Below, in pieces: positions 58,918 through 64,000 of a stretch of 64,000 nt of DNA. The notes under the pieces were generated by a model. The model worked only from the letters and a program-made list of their open reading frames with translations. It was not told the DNA's origin and searched no databases. The position numbers and the translations under genes are program-made. The stretch lies in sequence record CP071152.1; one strand, written 5' to 3'. Source of the DNA: a plasmid. The first letter of the stretch is position 1. Each line of letters opens with the position of its first letter.

Positions 58918-60174
58918 TTACCAGTCGAGCACCATTGTCGATTGGTTAGGATTGTAGCCGTACCACTGGTTTCTGGCCTGGCAGTATTGCAACTCTTGCA
59001 TCAGGCGGCGGCGATTGTTCATGGCACGGGAGCGCACGCGCTCGGAGAACTCAAACACCTCACAGTTATCCATGTCGGCGAACTCGACAGTGACGAACGT
59101 GAAGCTCTGGATTGGGAACCCAAGCAGCTTTGCCACATGGCAATAAAACGCATCCTGCAAGTCGTACCCCAGATCGCGACACTGGTACATGAACCGGTCG
59201 GGGTGAGTGTCGCGCGTGGTCTTGAGATCGACCGAAATCAGGTCATAGCGCAGCCAGTCGAATTTGGCCTTGATCCACAGACCCGTCTCAGTGTCCTGGG
59301 CAATCATCGTTAACTCAGCGATCCCGTCTTGCAGCAGGGAATTGGCCCTGACATGGCTGCGTACCGTGTGGCGGGCGCGGTGTGCGTCCCCATAGGTGAT
59401 GGGGTCAAGCACGTACTCCCTCATATAGTCTTCGCACGCCTTGAGCTCAAATACCTTCGTCTCATGCAGCTTGTCTATGTTGGTGTGCGTCATCAGGGTG
59501 GGGCTCACCGCCAGCAGTTGTGCCGCCATCTCGTCCAAATCATCGCTCACCGGAAGGGTGTTGAGCTTCTTGTAGTAGGCCTGATAGTCCGCGAGGGACA
59601 GCAGCGCCTCCGGGTAGATGGCCTTGCTGGCGGTCGCCCACGGCTGTTTGGTGTCGCGGAAGCGGGCCAGCAGATGGTTGCGGGCCTGCACATCGAAAAT
59701 TTTGTCGGCATAGGCCGGGTCGTGCGCCAACAGCTGGTCGATATAGTTGGCCTTCACGGTGCCCTTGGGCTTGATACCTTGGCGCTCCAGCTCCTCTTTG
59801 AGCTGCGATGCCGTGTGCAGGGAGTGGGGGAAATCAATGGGGTTGAGGTGATACCAGAACAGATCATCACAACGCTCGGGTTCCAGCACCAGCCCGTGGG
59901 TGACGGAGCCTGCGGTAAAGGCGTTGGCGGTAGAGGCCGCCTTGGCGCGTTTGAGCTTAGACACATACTCGCGGTAGTAGAGCGCAGGCGACTGGCTGAA
60001 CTTTTTCAGCTTGGAGGAGGAGAGCGCCGGGATGGCGTGGTAGTCCTCATTCTCGACATCGGCATAGATGCCCGCAACCGGTTGACCATGGCTGTCCAGG
60101 AAGTTGGGCTTACCCCATTCGCTGTCATAGCCGGGCTTGATGGCGGCGCGAAGGTCTTGGTTGGTTGCGGTCAT
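58918..60174 (-). CDS. PD-(D/E)XK nuclease-superfamily protein (exonuclease partner of the SSAP?)
   Basis: ...FDWLRYDLISVDLKTT contains a D...(D/E)xK-like core. 418 aa. Confidence 0.4.
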   Translation of the reverse strand: MTATNQDLRAAIKPGYDSEWGKPNFLDSHGQPVAGIYADVENEDYHAIPALSSSKLKKFSQSPALYYREYVSKLKRAKAASTANAFTAGSVTHGLVLEPERCDDLFWYHLNPIDFPHSLHTASQLKEELERQGIKPKGTVKANYIDQLLAHDPAYADKIFDVQARNHLLARFRDTKQPWATASKAIYPEALLSLADYQAYYKKLNTLPVSDDLDEMAAQLLAVSPTLMTHTNIDKLHETKVFELKACEDYMREYVLDPITYGDAHRARHTVRSHVRANSLLQDGIAELTMIAQDTETGLWIKAKFDWLRYDLISVDLKTTRDTHPDRFMYQCRDLGYDLQDAFYCHVAKLLGFPIQSFTFVTVEFADMDNCEVFEFSERVRSRAMNNRRRLMQELQYCQARNQWYGYNPNQSTMVLDW

Positions 60175-60211
60175 GATGGTGTCTCTCTTTGTTATCTGAT
60201 AATCATATTAC

Positions 60212-60230
60212 ACTATCCCCACGGGATAAC
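60212..60230. promoter_or_regulatory. operator box ACTATCC-CCACG-GGATAAC
   Basis: About 40 nt upstream of minus-strand gene 58918..60174. Confidence 0.5.
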
Positions 60231-60242
60231 AAGAGGCAAATA

Positions 60243-61076
60243 TCAAATCCCGAAATCTTCAAAGTTGAAGGTGGTCTGCGTCTTGGGTTTGTCAAACAGC
60301 CGGATGAGCGGTACCGCGTTTGCGTGACGACCGGGCAGCGGCACTAGCGAGTCCACCACGGACGGTATGGCCTTCACACTGCGGAAATGGCGCATCGAGC
60401 TGGCCATGACGGAGGCCTCGCGCCGAAATTCCTGCTGACACTGTTCAACCAGCTTGAGATGCAGTTCGACCAGCTGGAAATAGCGGTCGAAATTGACCGG
60501 GAACCGGAAGGAGGAGTTGATCTGCCATTTCATCATCGACCGGATAGCAATGTTGATCATCAGCCCGCGCACGGTCTTGTCGTCCTGTACTACCCCGTTG
60601 AAACACTCCTGCTCCTGATACTCCAGTCCGGCCATGAGCTGCTGGCGGTCCACGAAGAGATAGGTATAGGGGGTACTTTCGCTGACGCCTTTTTCGTTGA
60701 CGCGATATAACCCGAGTGCGACACCGGCCACGTTCTCGATACTGTGTTCCACCGAGGGGTCGGGTGTGTGGTCATAGCCCAGGTCATTACCGTGGTACGT
60801 GAAGTCATCCCCAAAGTAGATCAGCTTGCCACCCACATGCAGGGAGGTTTTGTTGAGCGCCTTCATGTAGGCAGCGGGCGAGGGGTCGAGCATGACCACG
60901 AGCTCATGGTTGATGTTGCGACGCATCAGTACCAGGTAATCACCAGGCTCGAACCCCATGTCGACGATCAGGTGTTCCAGGCTGGTGAGGGACTCTGGTT
61001 TAGCCTGAATGGCGGAAATGGTGTTCCCTTGATATTGAGCGGTCATCGCGGACAGATCGGCATCAGTGAGCATCAT
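60243..61076 (-). CDS. hypothetical conserved protein
   Basis: 277-aa ORF. Operator-like box upstream at about 61101. Confidence 0.45.
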   Translation of the reverse strand: MMLTDADLSAMTAQYQGNTISAIQAKPESLTSLEHLIVDMGFEPGDYLVLMRRNINHELVVMLDPSPAAYMKALNKTSLHVGGKLIYFGDDFTYHGNDLGYDHTPDPSVEHSIENVAGVALGLYRVNEKGVSESTPYTYLFVDRQQLMAGLEYQEQECFNGVVQDDKTVRGLMINIAIRSMMKWQINSSFRFPVNFDRYFQLVELHLKLVEQCQQEFRREASVMASSMRHFRSVKAIPSVVDSLVPLPGRHANAVPLIRLFDKPKTQTTFNFEDFGI

Positions 61077-61100
61077 GGCAACCTTTGATAAATGTATGTG

Positions 61101-61119
61101 CTATGCCGACAGGATAGTT
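61101..61119. promoter_or_regulatory. operator-like box CTATGCC-GACAG-GATAGTT (weaker)
   Basis: Half-site GGATAGTT conserved. Confidence 0.35.
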
Positions 61120-61335
61120 TAGGGCATTTATCATGGCAAGCGAAAACGGTGCAAATGTCAGAAGTATCGCCACCTGGGTCGGGATTGAGCACGATCAGCC
61201 GCGGTCGCTGTCCTCGCCGGACATCAGGAAGAGCTCCCAGTTGAGGAGGCAGGCGGTGGAAGTGGAGGGGAAGGCAGGGGAAGGAAAAAGCAAAGGGGCC
61301 CGCAGACCCCTTCCAGATGCAGCTGCTACGGAGGA

Positions 61336-62058
61336 TCAGGACGCTACATCGAGCAGTTTCATAATGTCCTCCACGGAATGGTACCCGGTCACCACATGCC
61401 CGCCTGGCAGCATCATGCTGGGTGTGCCCTGCATCCCCAGTTTTTGAGACAACTCCCACCCCTGATCGACCGCGTCGGCACGGGCACAGCGTTGAGCGGC
61501 GATCTGCGCTCCATTGAAGGCGTTGGTCAGGGCCTCTTGCGGATTATCCGCGCACCAGACCGATCGCATGGTCTCGTAGGAGGGGGAGTTCGGCCCTGAG
61601 CGCGGGAACGCGAGGTAGGCGATGGAGATCCCCTGCTTGTTCAGCTCGGGCACGCTCGCATGAAACTTGCCGCAATACCCGCAGGTGTAATCGGTAAACA
61701 CGACCAAGGTGGCTTTCTCGTTGTCCGCCTTGTACTTGATGGTACTGCCGTTGTTCACCAGTTCCTGCACCTTGTTCCAGAGGGCGGCGGTGGTGAGGTT
61801 GGTCGGCCTCTCGTTCTGGTCAAAGGAGATGGCTTGGCCAAACAGCATGATGTTGCCGTCGGGCGTGGCATAGACCGTTTCCCCCTTGATCGTCACTTCC
61901 ACCAGATGTGGGCTGACCCGCTGGAGCCGGTTCACTTGCAGGTTGCGAGCCCTGAGCCGGGCGGAGAGAGCATCGAGTTCAGAGTCCTCCACGGACGAGG
62001 AGGAGGCGTGCAGGGGGGCGTGAAGAGCGACAAAGCTCAGCGCCAGCAGGGATCGCAT
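61336..62058 (-). CDS. dsbC: thiol:disulfide interchange protein DsbC/DsbG-like
   Basis: Signal peptide MRSLLALSFVALHAPLHASS. Thioredoxin CxxC ...FTDYTCGYCGKFH. TAATG coupling to the upstream gene. Confidence 0.75.
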   Translation of the reverse strand: MRSLLALSFVALHAPLHASSSSVEDSELDALSARLRARNLQVNRLQRVSPHLVEVTIKGETVYATPDGNIMLFGQAISFDQNERPTNLTTAALWNKVQELVNNGSTIKYKADNEKATLVVFTDYTCGYCGKFHASVPELNKQGISIAYLAFPRSGPNSPSYETMRSVWCADNPQEALTNAFNGAQIAAQRCARADAVDQGWELSQKLGMQGTPSMMLPGGHVVTGYHSVEDIMKLLDVAS

Positions 62059-62573
62059 TAGCAAGTGAATAGCTCCTTTTCCGGGGTGCCGAGGTGTTCG
62101 AACAGGACGACAAGATCCATGGCCATCATGGAATCAACCCGCACGTAGGTGATGAGTTGGAGTGATTGATCAGGGCCCGCGACCACGAACAGGTACCAGG
62201 ATTGCGCAAACAGGTCGGCCTTGATGGTTTGGTCTGGCTGTACCTGGAGGCGGCGACGCTTTATGAGCAGGCCAAAGAGCCGGTCATCGACGGTGATCTG
62301 CTGGTTGGGCCCAATGGCGACTTCGCGCTTTAGCATCAGTGCGAGCGAGATCCACACGGTAAGCGCGGTGAAGGTCATGTGGAGGACGAAGGAAGGGGCC
62401 GCGCCGGTGGAGAGATAGTCGAGGGTGATGGCCCATACATGGACCAACCAGACCATCATCCCAAACGCGACCAGTGCAAATAGAAGGGGGGAAGCAGTGA
62501 CGCTTCTTCCCCTGACGCTATATGGGATCCGCAAGGCATCACTCCTTGCTGGTGAGAGCGGTGAGTGCCCCAA
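62058..62573 (-). CDS. hypothetical membrane protein (start uncertain)
   Basis: Hydrophobic helices. It overlaps the upstream ORF end, so the true start is probably internal. Confidence 0.35.
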   Translation of the reverse strand: MGHSPLSPARSDALRIPYSVRGRSVTASPLLFALVAFGMMVWLVHVWAITLDYLSTGAAPSFVLHMTFTALTVWISLALMLKREVAIGPNQQITVDDRLFGLLIKRRRLQVQPDQTIKADLFAQSWYLFVVAGPDQSLQLITYVRVDSMMAMDLVVLFEHLGTPEKELFTC

Positions 62574-62778
62574 CCCAGGCTTTTTGCACCCGTTGTTTGC
62601 GGTACAGCAACACGGTGCCCGCCACCACGATCAACGAGGCCATCATGACGCTGTACTGCGTGTTGGTGAGCGCAAAGGCGAAGCCAACCGCCAGCAACAT
62701 GAACATCAAGAACAGGAACGACAGCTCAGTTTTGGCACTGCCGTCTTGTCCTTTTACAGTTTTTTTCGAATTTTCCAT
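62539..62778 (-). CDS. small two-helix membrane protein (pilin-like?)
   Basis: RBS aagggaaagaag before ATG MENSKK.... Two hydrophobic segments. Confidence 0.4.
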   Translation of the reverse strand: MENSKKTVKGQDGSAKTELSFLFLMFMLLAVGFAFALTNTQYSVMMASLIVVAGTVLLYRKQRVQKAWVGALTALTSKE

Positions 62779-62808
62779 CTTCTTTCCCTTGGTTTGGTAA
62801 ATGCGTTG

Positions 62809-62827
62809 AACTATCCTGAAAGGACAC
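62809..62827. promoter_or_regulatory. operator-like half box AACTATCC-TGAAA-GGACAC
   Basis: 30 nt upstream of minus-strand operon 62778..61336. Confidence 0.35.
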
Positions 62828-62898
62828 GCACAGGTAAAGTATAAGGCGGATTCGTGGTCCAGGCTAGTATTCGATCATTCCAATCTGCGCTCCTTGGG

Positions 62899-64000
62899 AT
62901 GGTGTTGAGCAAGTTCACCGTCAAGGCGCGGGAGGCCGTCCTCAGCGTCCCTGTGGAGGCGTTTTGCGATGAATACCGGTCGGTGCGGGTGGCTATCGAG
63001 TTCTTGGTGGACCACGAAACCCCGGTCACGCAAGACACGGTAGCCGCCTATTTCCGCGACATGGGGCATCACGAGCTCGCGGACTGGCTGGTGGCTGAAC
63101 TGCCGCTACAGGAAGATGACGGCAACCTCCTCGCCTTTGCCAAGAAGCTCGCGGATTACCACGAGTGCCAACGGTCGGTTCAGGCCATGAAGAACGTGCT
63201 CGCCAACCTGAACACGGCCACGGATTGCGCCGATGTCCTGCTGCGCTTGCAAAAAGTCGCCAGCACAATTGGCCGTGTGACGCAGGGCCGCCAGGCTCCT
63301 CTGCGGATCGGCACCGTGATGGAGGGGTTACTGGAGGACGCAGAACGACTGGCGGCCAGTGGCCAGGTAGAGGGCTATGTGACGGGGTGCGCTGGCATTG
63401 ATGAGGCCTTCGGACGACTCAAGGGTGGGGATCTGGTTGTGATTGCCGCCCGCCCAGGTATGGGCAAGACGGAGCTGGCGCTCAAGATCAACAAGCACAT
63501 CGCCCAGTCGGTCGGGTGCGCCTCACTCATCGTGTCGCTCGAAATGAGCCATCAGCAGATCGGTGAACGCCTGCTCTCCGATACGTCGCAATTGCCGGTC
63601 GATGTGTTCGACAACCCGGATCTGCTCAGCCTGGAGTCCATTATGGACAAGCTCCGGCGCTCAGCCGAGGAGTACCAGGATCTCCCGATCTACCTGCAAG
63701 AGGTCACGAATGCGACCCATGTGGATGTGTGCAGCTCCGTTCGCCAGTTCGCCGAAGAGGTGAGTAATCTGGGGCTCCTCACCATTGACCACGTTGGGCT
63801 GCACAAGACGATTGGTACCTCACGGGTCGAGGCGGTAGGGGATATGACCCGCGCTTACAAAATGCTGGCCAGGGAACTCGGGATCCCCGTGCTGCTGCTG
63901 TGCCAGCTAAACCGCAATCTGGAGATGCGCGACGACAAGCGGCCCATGCTCTCCGATCTGCGTGAGTCAGGTGCCATCGAGCAAGATGCAGATCGGATTG
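62899..64000 (+). CDS. DnaB-like replicative helicase (3' end beyond window)
   Basis: Not in the ORF track because there is no stop in the window. Frame-1 translation gives ...GDLVVIAARPGMGKTELALK (Walker A) ... LLLLCQLNRNLEMRDDKRPMLSDLRESGAIEQDAD (DnaB C-terminal motifs). Confidence 0.7.
   Translation, partial: MVLSKFTVKAREAVLSVPVEAFCDEYRSVRVAIEFLVDHETPVTQDTVAAYFRDMGHHELADWLVAELPLQEDDGNLLAFAKKLADYHECQRSVQAMKNVLANLNTATDCADVLLRLQKVASTIGRVTQGRQAPLRIGTVMEGLLEDAERLAASGQVEGYVTGCAGIDEAFGRLKGGDLVVIAARPGMGKTELALKINKHIAQSVGCASLIVSLEMSHQQIGERLLSDTSQLPVDVFDNPDLLSLESIMDKLRRSAEEYQDLPIYLQEVTNATHVDVCSSVRQFAEEVSNLGLLTIDHVGLHKTIGTSRVEAVGDMTRAYKMLARELGIPVLLLCQLNRNLEMRDDKRPMLSDLRESGAIEQDADRI

Overview
This 64-kb window reads as part of a large conjugative or plasmid-like mobile element from a gammaproteobacterium (about 55% GC, with sharp AT-rich patches). 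Backbone-type genes include an HD-domain (MOBH-type) relaxase, an actin-fold ParM-like ATPase, a ParA/ParG partition pair, two iteron arrays next to candidate Rep genes, a RecT/Bet-like recombinase with SSB and a PD-(D/E)XK nuclease, a conjugative DsbC, an H-NS-like protein and a DnaB-like helicase at the 3' edge. The region is heavily colonised by insertion sequences. Three near-identical copies of one IS200/IS605-family element all carry the same decayed tnpB, with tnpA intact. A second IS200/IS605 element has an intact TnpB translationally coupled to an internal 100-aa Cys-rich ORF. There is also a degenerate IS3. Nested at 13.7-18.4 kb is a three-gene module of two tyrosine recombinases plus a small protein, which I interpret as a gamma-mobile-trio (GMT)-like or Tn554-like element. 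Its AT-rich cargo carries a DUF2971-like + PIN-like gene pair and a single RloC-like ABC-ATPase with a zinc hook. These are my best candidates for an undescribed defence system. Other candidates are a CoiA-like nuclease operon, an NTase-fold protein divergent from an RHH gene, and a ParDE-type TA pair. I also see a 7-5-7 inverted-repeat operator (AACTATCC-N5-GGATAGTT) upstream of at least 9 transcription units, and a 5x 20-bp palindrome array (TTCACACAAATTTGTGTGAA). Long GC-rich non-coding stretches carry 44-bp tandem repeats and a dispersed repeat family. No rRNA, tRNA or CRISPR array was found. Coordinates I derived myself may be off by 1-2 nt.
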